From assembly GCA_031835245.2 (NCBI GenBank), contig JAVKOQ020000015.1:1-64000 (forward strand): DNA of 64,000 bases, given 5' to 3'. The notes under the pieces are model-generated. The model did no database searches and was not told the origin of the DNA. It saw only the letters and a list, made by a program, of their open reading frames with translations. This DNA is from Balamuthia mandrillaris. Lineage: Eukaryota. The position numbers and the translations under genes were made by a program. Shown here one piece after another: positions 50,851 through 64,000 of this stretch (positions are counted from its first letter, which is position 1; each line of letters opens with the position of its first letter).

Positions 50851-51640
50851 TTAGATGCGCTTGGCAGAGACGGGGATGGAGAAGGCAATCCTGTCAAGAT
50901 CCCTTTGTCCTTGTTGTGTGATCCTGCGGCCACTGTTGATGAAAGTAGAAAAAGTGTAAGAAGTCATCATCAATTAATCAATCACGGTACAAAAGATACG
51001 AAAGTAACGGAGGATAGAGAAAAAGGAAGTCAGGAGAAAAAGGGGAAAGAACACAGAGGCGAGGAATAAATAGAAAAGAGACTAAGAGTGAGAGATTGTA
51101 CCCCTTGGGGTCCTTCTCAACAACTCGGATCTTCTCAAGCTCGTGGAGAATGTGGCGGGCAATGGAGCCAGAGCTGATGGCGAAGTGGCTAGGGCAAGTT
51201 CCGTTGTTCTTCCTGCCACCGTACACCTTCCTGAAGGTACCAACTCCCATACCTCCGCGGAGATAGATCTTGCGGGCCATGGAGGCTGAGAGATAGGAAA
51301 GATGGAGGTAAGAAAAAGAATACGCAAGGGACAAAAAGGAGAGCAGAGGGGAAGAAATGGAAGGCGAAGAAAGAGGAAAAGGGCAAAGTGTAGATGAGAG
51401 TGTAAATAGGGGGAAAAAAAGGGAGGAGGGAAAAATCAAAAGATTAAAGTAATCACACTCACCAGCACGAATGTAATACCAGTCGGGATCATAAGGAGAA
51501 AGCTCCTTGTAAGAAGCAGTCTTGACAAGATCTACCCACTTGGGGACCTGGAGCTTGCCAGTCCTCTTCAAGTGTTGAGCGTAAGCAACAACAAACTCAT
51601 TGGGAGGAACGTCCTTGACGGTGATGGCGGTCTTCGACAT
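50851..51640 (-). CDS. RPS19: 40S ribosomal protein S19
   Basis: TVKDV...WVDLVKT...[22 protein letters not shown], and a last exon [16 protein letters not shown]. Two introns. Confidence 0.97.
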
Positions 51641-52464
51641 GATGATCTTTTTTAGCTTTCCGAGTAGCAGCGGTGTTCACGGACAAAAAAATCAGAGTCC
51701 TCTCTCTCCTCGTGGTACGAAGGTCCTACGCGATTGAAGGCAGCTGTGAAGAAAAAAAAAGTTAAAAAAATTTCGTCAAAACCAAATAAAAAAACAAGAA
51801 TTCATCTTCCCGGAGTTTAACCCTCCTGTTGACGTCACTTAACCAATTGCCACGGGTGAAGATCAAAATAATCTCCGCTGTGAAATTTCAACTCCCAACT
51901 TCTGATCTTGTCGACACCATGAATCTAATGATAATAATTCAAACTTTAATTAATTGGACAAATAGTTACATATTTTCGGCGGGTTTTCGACGGCAAGACC
52001 CCTTTGACAAGGAGTGACACCGTTCAAGGAACCAGAGCACGAAATCTGTTTTTGGCCCACAACAACAGGTTTACCGGCCCTCCTCCTGCGTGGAGGGCGT
52101 GGTTCCCGTGCCCCGGACCTCTCCCCCAAATTTCGTAAGACGTTCCGCCCAAAGTGAAGCCACCCTGCAGCATTCCCGCCTATTTTCTCCGTTCTTTCCC
52201 CCGGATAACACCCGCATCTCCTCCTCCTTCCTTTCTTTCCCCATGAGAGGGAAGAGAAAGAAGGAAGAGAAGAGGAGAAACTTGTTTTTTTCCTTTTTTC
52301 CCTTTCTTCTTTGCCACATGCTTTGCTTCTTGTGCTTCTTTCTTGAAAAGAATTACTATGAAGAGTAGCACTTAAGGCAACAACCTCGACGACGTTTCAC
52401 CTTTTGCATTGCCGTAACGTTTTTTTTAAAAAAAACTCCAGTCTGAAAACAAGGACAGAGAGGA

Positions 52465-52726
52465 ATGCTGCGGTTCGCTTCTTCCTCCTCCTCCTCCTCG
52501 TCGTCACCCATATGCCAGCCCTCCGCTCTTCACCGCAGCGCAACATGTTACCATTCGAACGCAAAGCTGTTGTTCTGCCTCTGTATTATTTGTATCATTC
52601 TCTCATGTGCTTCCTTGAGCTCTGCTCAGCTCCTCTTTTCAGGTACGTTTTTTTCTTTCCTTCTTTCTTTCCATCTTTTTCGCCTTCTTTCTCACCATCC
52701 TTTTTTTTGTCTTTCGCCCTTTGCTA

Positions 52727-52770
<44 letters not shown>

Positions 52771-54711
52771 GTCTTCTTTTTACCACCAAAAAAAAAAAAA
52801 AAAGGACCTTCATGGCAGGTACTTCGAAAGGACGGTAGCGGAGCAGTAGCCAGCGCCTTTCCATCCTCCGCTTCCTCTTCCTCCTCTTCCTCCGCTTCTT
52901 CCTCTTCCTCCCTCCCGTCCAATGACTTCACCACGCAAGGAAACAAGGAGCCAACAAGGTGGGAAGCCACGGTCCAAAACTGGTTGGACAAGATCAGCAG
53001 CGACTGGTTGGTCAGCTACGACGACCTCGTCGGCGAGTTGTTCCATCGCCGCGAGGAGGAGAAGGCGAAGCGAACGCGCTCGTCCTCGGCCATGTCCAAA
53101 GGAGCCAGCTGCGCGCCTCACTGCGGTTTTGTATTTGTGTTCACGCACCAACCATCGCAACAACTTCGCAACGTTTTTGAATTCACGGTAAAGAGAGCTT
53201 CATTCTCTTCTTTCTCTTCTTCTTTCGTTTTCCACTTTCGTTTTCTTCTTATAACCTTTCTTTTATGTTTTTTCTTTTTAAAAACGAATAATAGGGTAAC
53301 CTTTTAGCAAGTTTCTTCGAGTTGCAAGAGGAGATACCGGTTCTGGTTCAGGCGGAGATGATGCCAGAGGGCATCCTCGCTGGAGCCGCTCCCACTCGTC
53401 TCCGACAACATCCACACAACTCCAACGAGGTCGTGGTAGAAGCGCTGTATCGCCAGATAGCTGGTCCACAGCGAGGGTAAATTTCCATTCATGCTTCTCT
53501 TCTTCTGTTTTTATCTTTTGCTTCTGTTCTAATACTGTAACTTTATTTCTTTCACATTAAAGTCCTGCCATTGATGTAGTCATCAACACGGCAGAAACCG
53601 ACTTTTACTACGGCTTAGACGGAAGACCTTCTCCTGGGAAACTCGACTTGGTTTGTCTCTTTTTGTACTCCTTCTTTTCTCTCTTTGTTTTGCTCATCAG
53701 ATCTACACAAACAAAAGGTAACGGTTTTGTTGCACGAACTTTCTCATGGCATGGGATTCGCTTCATGGATCCGAAACGGAAATCCTATCACGATGCTACC
53801 TCCGCTTCCTACTTACTCTCTTCCACCTCATCTCTTCTACGCCTTTGATGAGCGGTTGAGAACACTAGTGGATGAAGAGGAGGAGGCCATGGGCGAGAGA
53901 AGCATCACCTTTGCGGAGGCTCGATCGACCACCCTTGGCTTGAACTCGTTTGCAAAAAGCCAGGACGTTGTTTATGAGTCCCCTTCGTTGGAGGGACATC
54001 TTGTTCATGTGTACGTTTCTCTATCCTTGTTTTTTCTGGGAAAGAAATGACTCACTCTCAAAAATAATGAAATGCAGATATTCACCAAGCAACTACATGG
54101 AGGGAAGCAGCCTAAGCCACTGGGACGAGCATGAGTACCCCCCAGGTGATGCCAATGCCCTCATGACCCCTTATCTGGACAGGGGGGAGGTCATCCACCA
54201 CATCGGCGGCTTCGCTATCAAAGCCTTCCAAGATCTGGGTTTCGTCATGCGCAACTGCTCCGCCTACACGACTTGCCAAGAGTGCGTTCAGCGGTTTTGT
54301 AGGTGGTGCTCTTTGGAGGATGAGGATGGTGAGCCTCCTTTGCAGGATGGGTGCTCGGCTTCAGGAAAGGGACGTTGTGGAGATCCACGAGCTGCTCCCT
54401 TTTTCAACCATGAATGCGAGTCGGAGGTGGCGACGGATGACGGCGAAACGCTGGTAGATTTTGATGCTTACGACCCAACACCACGCTTCGATGCGAGCAC
54501 CATCACTCTTCCTTCTGACGATTCTCTCTCGGACTCTCATTCTCCCGGCGAGGACTCCTCTTCTCCTTCTTCTTCCACAACCAACCAAAACGAAAGCGGG
54601 TTCCTCGATGAGGAACCCGTGGCATCATCGGATGCTTCTTCTGTTTTGCTCCCTGCTCCCTCTCTTCTTCTACTGCAATTCTTTTCTTCTCGTATTTATC
54701 AAACAATGTAA
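52465..54711 (+). CDS. Secreted or surface zinc metalloprotease-like protein with a PSI-like Cys-rich domain
   Basis: Hydrophobic signal-like segment; VLLHELSHGMGF (HExxH); GSSLSHWDE; ALMTP; CSAYTTCQECVQRFCRWC; hydrophobic C-terminus. Confidence 0.72.
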
Positions 54712-54916
54712 AGAATGTAAAAAATGTAAAGTGGATTTTTTGATTTTCAATTGGACCGATTAATAACCACGTCGACGTGAAGTTATTTTCACGACGACAT
54801 GAAAATATTTTCAAGGAAGAAAACAAATTTTTGGTTGATGAAGAAAGAGACAAGAGAAGAGAAGAGAAGAGAAGGAAGAGAAGAGCCACTCCTCTCTTTG
54901 TTTAATGTGTGCCTAA

Positions 54917-57900
54917 ATGTTTGGTCGCACGGTCATAAGCGGCTATTATGAGGAGGATGACCAAGCTGAAAGCGACTCGGGTGTGGAAGGAGGAGGAGGA
55001 GGAGGAGGAGGAGGAAGAGGAAAACTCACAGTGCCTACCAGCGCGGACATCACCGTAACCACTACAAGCGAGGATGAGGAGGCCTCCTCTGATCTGCCGA
55101 GCAAAGGCCTTCATGAAGGAGAAGAAAGTAGTGATACTGAAGAGGAGGGGGAAGAAGAGGAGGAGGAGGAGGAAAGTAGCGACCTGTCTGAAGATGAGGA
55201 CGAGTCTACGGAAGAAGCACAAAAGACAGAAAGAGAAGGAAGCGACGCTGAAATCGATGAGAAAGAGGAGCAGGAGTGGTTCGTCAACACCGGCAACCTC
55301 TACTACAATCCTCACTGCTACACAACCACCTTTGACAACATGGAGGAGGAGGGCGGCTCCTCCATCGTAGCGAGCCCCACGCTGCCGTCCGTTACCGTCA
55401 TTCCCAACAAACGCTCTATGCCCGCATACCCACTCAAGGGCGAGGGCGAGGACGAGGACGACGACGGATACTTTGACTTTGAAGAGCATGAAGAAGAAGG
55501 GGAAGGGGAAGAGGAGGAAGAGGAAAACATGGATGGAATGCAGGCAGTTACATATGAGGAAGTCTTTGTCAGCACCGAACACAAACCACCTTCTCCTCAA
55601 AAAGCAAAAGAAAAAGGAGAAGAAGGAGAAGAGGAAGAAGGGAGTGACGGTGAGGTCGGTGAGGCTCGTTATTACGACGTAACAGCAACAACCAGCTACG
55701 ACGTGGTTGCCACCTCAAACGCCTCTCCAACTGACGGTTACTACCAAGAGGAAGGAGAAGATGAGGAGGAGGAGGAGGAAGGAGAAGGAGGACACGCAGA
55801 TGGACAAAGAAAAGGAATGATGAAGCGAAGACAACAACTGCGGCAAACACAACGCAGTTCTAACGAAGACATACACACGAGACACAACAACAGCAATATC
55901 AAGAGCAAAACCGGGGCACTACTGTTGCGGTCCAGAAAGAGAAACAAGTCTGTAACAGAATTGCAACAACCAACAAAGTCAAGAAGAGGGAGTTTATCAT
56001 CGCCGATGGCAGCAAGAAGGGCGTCGGTAACAAGAGCAAGCGGAGAAATCGAGCCTTCTTCCTCTCCATCTTCAAAGAACATGAAAAAGATGGAGAAACG
56101 GCTCGAAAAGAAGGAACAGCAGCAGCTCGTCAAAGTCGGAGCAGGTAGAAGAGGCGGTCTTCACCTCCGCAAGCACAAGTTTGGTAAACGACCTTCTTTC
56201 ACTCCCGCACCCTCTTCCGTTGGTGGAGCAAACGCAGGAGCAAGCGGCAGTGGAACGTCAGGCGGATACTATGATGAAGATGAGGAGGAAGATGGAGAGG
56301 GAGATGGTGGAGAAGGGGATGACTATGCAAGAAGTATGCCCACCGAGGAAGAGAGGCTGGTAGCGGTTGGCGACCTGGCCAACAGTGTTTGGAACGAGCA
56401 CTTCCAGCGGCTCATGTCACAACCTGTCGACTCGGAGGCGAAGTTTCATGAATTAGCAATGTTGGCCCATGATACGTTCTTATCTTCTTGTTGTTCTTGT
56501 TACAAACTCTCCTTCCTTCTCTCTCTCTCTCTCTCATTCCTGGATGTTGGGACTAAGACCTTTCAAAAACAACACACTTTCAACATGCGGCAGAGGTATA
56601 TGGAAAGATCATCATCAGCGAACAGTACATTCCGGTCCACGAAAAGACAATAAAGCCTTTGAACCTGGGAGGTATCGCTGGCGGAGACAAATATGTCTGC
56701 AGGGGCATCCTCTTCAAGTATGCCATTGACAAAGAAATGCGAAAAGGACTTTGGATGTATGGTGATAAGTTCCCTAACCACGCCTGGGCCATGAAAGCTG
56801 CTGGTCACGAGCTTCGTTCTCTTGCTAGAATCATTGGTTTGTGCTCTTTTAAATGTTTGCATTTATCTGGGCTTATTGTTTGTTAATTGTTGTGAGTAAC
56901 AGATAGCGGAGGTGCAGCTGGTGAGTCTGTTGCGGTACCGTTAATGACCCTGATTGACTACAGAGGTTATCGTCTTGTGGCAATGTCTCTTCTTCCAGTT
57001 GCAAAAGACACTCTTTGCTATGGGTGCTTCCTTCTTCCTTCTTCTGATGTGTTTTCTACTTTGTATAAAAACAATATCTGACATTTCTCTTCACAGTTCC
57101 TCTGATGGAGGTATAACAGTCCATGCGGACTATCCAGCGTTTAATGCCAAGTTCAGGAGAATATTTCAACGTCTCAACCTAAAGGCTCATCGTGTGAAAA
57201 ATGTTACCCTCTATTCGTGCGGAGACATCGAAGGTCATTGGGGCTCTGATGGCAAGCTATATCTTCTCGACTTTGCTCGGCTCTATCCTCCTGGTTTGAT
57301 CCTTTTCATTGTTTTCGTTTGTTTTTCGTTACTTCCACATCTTTCCGTTTCTTTTTGCTTGGCTTACTTTTTTTCTGTTCTTTTGTTGTATCTTCGTGTT
57401 TCTTATTGTTTATTTGTTGCATCGAAACATGCAGAAAGCGTTAAAGTAAAAGAAGAATATTTTGGAGTGAAGGAACGACGAGCAGTCTTTTACAAGCTGC
57501 TACGGCCTGAGCTCGTGGCATCCAACACAGTGCCATTGTGCTCCGATGCCTTCACTGGATGGCTACTCCGTGATTCCAGCGTGGTACAACACAACAACGA
57601 GGTAACTCAAGCCACTCGACGGCTAATGAACCATGTTATTCCTCAGCTGGCGTCCCGGCTGCAACTCAGCGCTGTCAAGGAAAAAGAGCGTTATGACTCT
57701 GCCTTTCATGTAAGCCTTCTTCTCCTTCGTGTTCTTCGTGTTCTTGTTCTTGTTCTTCTTCTTCCGCTGCTGTTCTTGTTCTTGTTCTTCTTGTTCTTCT
57801 TCTTCTGCCCTCTTCCTTCCTTCCTTCCTCCTCTCCTTCCAAATAACCTCTTTTTTGGTTTCATTAATGTAATGTAATGACCAGCAAAAGAATGTGGATG

Positions 57901-58083
57901 CGGAACAATGTGGACTTTCAGTAAGAATTCTGCATAGACGATTGATGAATGTACTGCACAGCATGCATGCTTGCGGCGTAAACAGGAGGTATTTGGGTGT
58001 GCTTCGTACCCACATTGGACGTGGTGACAACTCTAAAGAAGGCGTTTATAGCGTCTATGAAGGGTTGCTTCTAACTGAGGTTC

Positions 58084-58159
<76 letters not shown>

Positions 58160-61100
58160 TCTGTTGCGCCTTACTATTTGCACTTCGCCAAAAAAAAAAA
58201 CAGATGCTGGCGCGAGTTTGTAAGGACATTATAAGAGCTCTGCTCCGCGAAAAGATGAAGGAGCTTAGGGTACCTTCATCAGAGCCCTATCGACAACTAG
58301 TACTAGGCGTTTTTAACCTCTTTTCTGGCGCCTCCATCCATTCGTACGCTTTTTGGACTTCCAACAAACCTCCCAAAAAACTTCATAAATCGTTACATCC
58401 TCAACCAGGCGCTTCTTCTTCATCAATCTCTGGAACAAACAACAATTCTTCTCCATCTTCTAACAACGCAACTTCTCCGCCAACTGTACAATCTTCATCT
58501 CCTTCCTCCACTTCTTCACCACCCTCTGTGCCGGCATTAGAACTGGCGGGAGGCATCGAATACTACATCCACAAACTTTGTAGAATGAAGGAGAAGGAGA
58601 AGAAAGAGCGAGGCATTTGGACTGGGCTGATGGATATTGTAAAGGAGGTTAGCACCAAAGCGACAGCAGAGTCAGGCATTGCTCGTCCTTCTTCATCTTC
58701 GTTTTCTTCATCACCGTCATCCATTTTGTCATCATCTTCATCATCACTCCCAATACCAACAACAGCATCTCTGGATTCATCGTCAACACAACAATTTCAG
58801 AACGCAGATAAAATTATTCGCAGTGAAGAAGGGCAAGAAATAAACAAAAAGAAGGATAAGGAAAAGGCAGAAGGAGAAGGAGATGGCGATAAAGGAGAAC
58901 CGGCGGCGGCCACGACTGCAACAAAAGAAGGAAAGAAACATAAGAAAGAAAAAGGGCAGTTGGACAAGAGATCAAAAGATGAGAAGAGGAAAGACAAAGA
59001 GGAGAAAAGGAGGGAGAGAGAACAGGAGCGAGAAGAAAAGAAACGAGAGCGAGAACACGAAAGAGAAGAGAAGAAGCGAGAAAAGGAGGAAAAGAAGTTA
59101 AGAAAATTGGAGCAACAGCATTCCAACAAGAAGAGCAAAAAGTCTTCTTTGTCATCAGCATCAACAACAGTTCCTTCCAAGAAACTTAAAAACAAAAGCA
59201 ACAAGCATAAAAATGACGATACAACAACAACAAAGAATAGCGAAGCAAGTTTCGAAGACGACGACCATATGGCCACAACAGAGGATGATAAAGAAGAGGA
59301 AGGTGTTGGCGGAGGCGAAAGATACGCCCAGGACTCGAACGAAATCGACGAAATAGCGGAACTTTTGCTTCCGATGAAATGTTGTTTGCTGGCCAAGTTT
59401 GGACTGCAAGCTTTGAAGAAAGAGGAATGGGGTCAAGATGCTAACGAAACGGGAGAGAACGAACAGCGGCAACAATCAAAGAAAAAGAAGAATAAGAAGA
59501 AAAGTAAGAGCGAGAAAAAGAAGGGAAACAAGAAACACAAGAAGGAAAAACAGCCCCGAAAATCGAAGAAAAAGAAGAAAAACAAAAAGCAGAACGATGA
59601 AAGCACTTCTTCCTCCTCACTGCAATACCCTCTATTCTATTTTCAGGGTTTACTCTTCGTGCGACTTTGTGAGATGTTGGGCATAGTGCTTGCGGACCAG
59701 CCTCAAATCTTCGACGTGTTGAATGGAAGTCCCTTACCGCCTCGTATTCCTTTCTTGGAGAATCCGTATGAGTTCCTTGAACCACACTTACTTGAACTCT
59801 CTGTCAAAGGTGTTTATTTCTCTTTCTCTATCTTGTTGTCTCGTCTTCATCTTCCTAAGGACACTTTGTCTTTTTGTTCATATTCTTATGCGCGTTACCT
59901 TGTCTCCTTCATCTCAGGAAAGAACATTCCGCTTGTGCCAAGCTGTGAAGCATTTGCTCTCTGGAAAAAGTGTTTGAGATTGGAGCAACAGGGCATCCTT
60001 CAAACAAAACAACGCAAACGAGCGGCCCTTCTCCATCAACTCTTGCAACAAAATTACAACGCGTCCAACAGAGATGCTGCTCAGCATATACAAAAAGCTT
60101 CAGACAGTTCGAGACGTTCTGGATTTTCTCTTGGCTCTTTGTTGTCTCGTCGCGCTCCTCCAAGAAGACCTCTCTTTCTCCCTGGTTAAAATGCTTTTCC
60201 TTTCTCGCTCTGTTCTCCTTTCTGAACTCTCTCTCTTTCTCTCTCTCTCTCGTTCTCTCACATATTAATCGTATGTATCCATCGAACTTAATAGGGGGCA
60301 TGGTGCTAACAAATGGCCAACAACCAACCAATCTATCATCTGTCCAAAACTTGCAACATCCTCTGTCATCAGCTTCTGTTAACATGCGTGGAAGCGATAG
60401 TTCTTCGCTTCCAACTCTACCAACCACAGCCACAACTTCTTCTTTAAGCGGAGGACAGACGTTCATATGGCAATGCTTTGGCAGGAAGAAAGTCAGATTA
60501 AGTGTGTCGATGCTAGAGAAAATCGCGCGTTTGCTTCAGTTTGCAAGAGAGAAGTTACGACTCTCTCTTCAAAGCCTGCCCGACAGCATTCAGACGCTCT
60601 ATCACTTGGCGGAGATGGAGTACTGGTTGGCTGCTCATTGGGTCGATACTCAGGCACTCAGCAATTCTCTTCGTGCTTCATCTTCGTCCGCTTCGTCGTC
60701 TTCTGCTTCCTCTTCCTTCTCATTTCCAGCCTCTTCTACCTCTTCCTCTACCTTACTTGGTCTTTCTGGGGAACGCACTGTATCTCATTCATCGTTCCTT
60801 TCTGTTGTGTCCAGCCTTAATGAGGCCACAACCAGAAAACATCACTCCTCAACGTTGTCATTGTCCACAATTGCAGGAAACACCGAGCTGAATGACGCTT
60901 CTTCTCCTTCCTCCATTGCTTTTGCTCCCTCATCAGTTGGTGTGTTGGAGAAGCAACAAGTTCTTGTCAGAGACTTTTATGCCTCTTCGTTGCGATACTA
61001 CAAACAAGCCATTCGAAACATCAAAGTGGCGAAGCTAAAGTTAGAGGAGGACAGTAGTATCACGGTTGCTCACGTGCAGAAGCTGAACGAGGCCGAACAA

Positions 61101-63985
61101 CAGATGTTCTATCGTGCTCACCACCGATGCTCTCACCTTCTCTGCGAATGGGCTGTTTCTCCCTCCGACTTGTACGATTCCTTTCTTTACTCATTGGCTT
61201 TTTTTTTTTGCTAACTTTTCGTTGTTTTCCTCGCTTTGGGCAAACAGAATAAAGTTTAGTGCGCGAGAAGAGAGAGAAGACTATTTACTGAAAATGGCGG
61301 CCAAATATTTCTCAAAGATGGCATTCATATGGCAGGAGGTGGTCACGACGCGTTGGAAGAAGGAAATAGAGCGCGTATTGACTGCTATTCGTACTCTTAA
61401 GTATGTGGAGGTGGGTCGTATCGTCGCAGCAATCTTGAAGATAGAGACTATTCGTCGGATGGAAGACCAACTTCGATTCGCGCCGTACGTAGAAGAAGAG
61501 AAGAAGGAAGAAGAGAGTCGAGTGACGGAAGGAGCAGAAGAAGCAAAGCAATCTACGACAGAAGGGAAAAAGAACCTACGCACTAAAATGAGAACACTGG
61601 CAATGAAAAGAGACAAGAAACAATCCTCTTCTTCTTCATTATTACCATCGGATGAAACGAAGCGAGAAGGAGTTACAACTACAGCCAAAGTAGCTGCCAC
61701 TCTCAAACTCAACATGGAGAAGAGGAACAGCGTTCCTCAAATGGAAGCCACAACAACCGTGACAACATCTACAGAAATAACGATCCCGACGATAATAACA
61801 ACCTCCCCACCAACAAACAACCCCACAGGCGGAAAGCATCACTCTATCGCTGCAGAAGAGCATACAAAGGCACAAGAAGCAAATGCAGAACAAGAACAAG
61901 GAGGCGAAGACGCACAGGACTTTAGACTACAGTTTTACGGACAGGAGATATTGTTGAGCTCCCAAACGTTTCGTTATTTGGCGGTGAACTCCGATGCCAA
62001 CGCTTTGGTTCTTGAAAACAAGGCAAACCATCGATGTGTTTTCATGTTGGAACGGGTTATGCTGATGAACACAGATGAGGTCCCAACGGAGCTTCGAGTT
62101 GCTGTGCAGATGATGGAAGAGAACGGAAATGCAAACGACTTGAACACGGATGACGGCAGCAACGTTGGAAGCACTGCCAACAATAGCAACAAAATCGATA
62201 GTGGGAAGTGTTCAATTTGGGTGAGACAGAAGCAAAACCTTGCGAGAGAAGACAATAGCGAGAGAAAAACGGAGAAACAAGGAGAGAAAAATGAACGATC
62301 AACCAATCCGCAAAAAGTGTACGTGGCATTGAGGAGCATGTACTGTGGAAAGTATCTTTGCGTGAGCGAAACAGGAAAACTGGAGCTGAGACATAGAAGA
62401 GAGATACTGAATAAGTGGAAGCAACGCAAAGTGGTCGTGGAGTCTCATGAAACTTCAACAACGAACACCCCTACTGTCAAATCTCGAAGGGGTTCTTCAG
62501 CAGGAACTACTCCATCAGACAAAAAGAAGAAGACTACGACAAAGAAGGCAAAGACCTCTACTAAGAAAGAAAAGAAGCAGAGGCCTAGTGGAGAAGAACA
62601 CACTCATAAGAAAAAAGTGGTTGGAGGAGTTGGAGGAATCAAAGGTGTAGTAAATCGGTCTAAAGAAAGAAACAGGAAGAAGGGAGGTGCCACCATTGCC
62701 GCCGAGAGCTTCATCTTCTCGGCTGGAACAGAGTTGTTTGAGTTTCGGTACATACCCATGCAGGTCAGAGATGGCATTCGGCGACGATACACCTTGGTTA
62801 GCGTTTCCACTCAAAAGTATTTATTTGCACACAAGCACAGTATGGCTGTTGGTACGCCTCTCTCTCTCTCTCTCTCTCTCTCCCTATTTTCAAGCGGTTT
62901 CTGATTCTATCGTCTTTCTTTACTATTACCAGGAATCAAAGATAGGTTGAATAATGCATCTCGTTGGCAGCTGCAACCTGCTGACAGCAACAGAGTTCAT
63001 ATCCGCTCCAAAAAGTACAATTCCTACATCATATGGAATGATACAGGCTTTCTCTACTGCACAGGCAACATGCCTTTCTTTCGCGCTACTTTCTTTCTCG
63101 AACCCGCAGCGACCAACTATACTTCTTCGTCATTCATGCCTTCTTCCTCTAGTTCGCATCGTCGTACCCCTTCATTCTCTTCTCTTCCGTTTTCCTCTTC
63201 TTCTGCCTCATCTGCTCCTTCTTCTCCTGCTCTTCTCTCTCCAACCATTGCACCTCTTGTTAAAAATGCAACTGCTATCCTCTCTCCTTCCTCTCTATCT
63301 TTTGATGAACCCAAAACCTCTGCTCGCCTATCCTACCAAGTTCACAACATCAATCCAAAAGACGGCAGTTTTATGCCGTCTCCTTCCTCACGACAACAGA
63401 ACTGCATCAAACTTGCGCTGCGGACTCATAACGGGAAATACTTTCATCGCACTTTTAAAACGGAGAGCGATAGTGAGCCTCATTGGTTTTCGCAGTATTA
63501 TCCCTCTTCCTTTGTCCGCCTTTCCAATGGAGCTTATTTAACGTATTCCAAGTTTCAAGTTACGTTCTCCTGTCTCTCGTTCTTCTGTTTTTGTTGTCTT
63601 ATTCTTCTCTGGTCTCGTTCTCACCCTGAACTATGCTTCCTTGTGCTAATGAACAATGCATAAAACACAGATAGGGGAAAATCAATATTTGGCCACAACC
63701 AAGACTGGACTCCTCTTAGCCTCCCACTGTGAAGACCACAACCGAACACCACCATCCACTGCTCTCGTCGAAGAGGAACAACCAGGAACCAGCATCAACA
63801 ATTCTCCCTCCCCGCAACAACGACCAAGAAAAGGAACTGTCCCAGATGATGAGTCAGCAATGGAATGGGCCGTGTTACCGTATGACGGACATTGGGAGGC
63901 CACTTTGTTGGAGCTGTACAGCGAGTTGGAGGCCGTCTACAACCTCCCTGTTCACATTAGTCGCAACAAGTACACCGGTTACTGA
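54917..63985 (+). CDS. CLU (clustered mitochondria) domain protein with an acidic N-terminus and fascin-like C-terminal segments
   Basis: GGIAGGDKY, KAAGHEL, IDYRGYRLVAMSLLP, DIEGHWGSDGKLYLLDFARLYPP, LLRPELV, HACGVNRRYLG. C-terminal VALRSMYCGKYL and LALRTHNGKYF. Confidence 0.82.
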
Positions 63986-64000
63986 CGACTCAACTGAAGG

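Overview
Intron-rich eukaryotic DNA with short GT-AG introns full of (CT)n, (TTTG)n and (AAG)n microsatellites. Gene content suggests a free-living amoeba (Acanthamoeba/Balamuthia-like); this is an inference, not a confirmed identification. The window has two zones. Zone 1 (~1-21.3 kb) is a nested mobile-element region that looks subtelomeric. It holds three copies of an intron-containing gene for a tyrosine recombinase (YR) fused to a C-terminal telobox-type Myb domain, a 5'-truncated unknown gene, and a decayed Ty3/Gypsy retrotransposon. The two YR copies with intact downstream flanks are both followed by the same ~30-bp motif running into CCCTAA telomeric repeats, and each motif abuts a broken coding sequence. 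This is a candidate telomere-targeting YR transposon. The mobile elements carry a strong CpG->TpG/CpA decay signature. Zone 2 (~21.3-64 kb) is gene-dense host DNA: a Crinkler-type REase-kinase, an FHA-forkhead transcription factor, mitochondrial SSB, an H1-WWE fusion, a family A DNA polymerase, a nucleotidyltransferase-like protein starting with a perfect histone H3 tail mimic, a large unknown protein, coatomer alpha, an LRR protein, an OB-fold protein, RPS19, a secreted zinc metalloprotease and a CLU-domain protein. Domain calls come from motif recognition by eye; no database searches were run.
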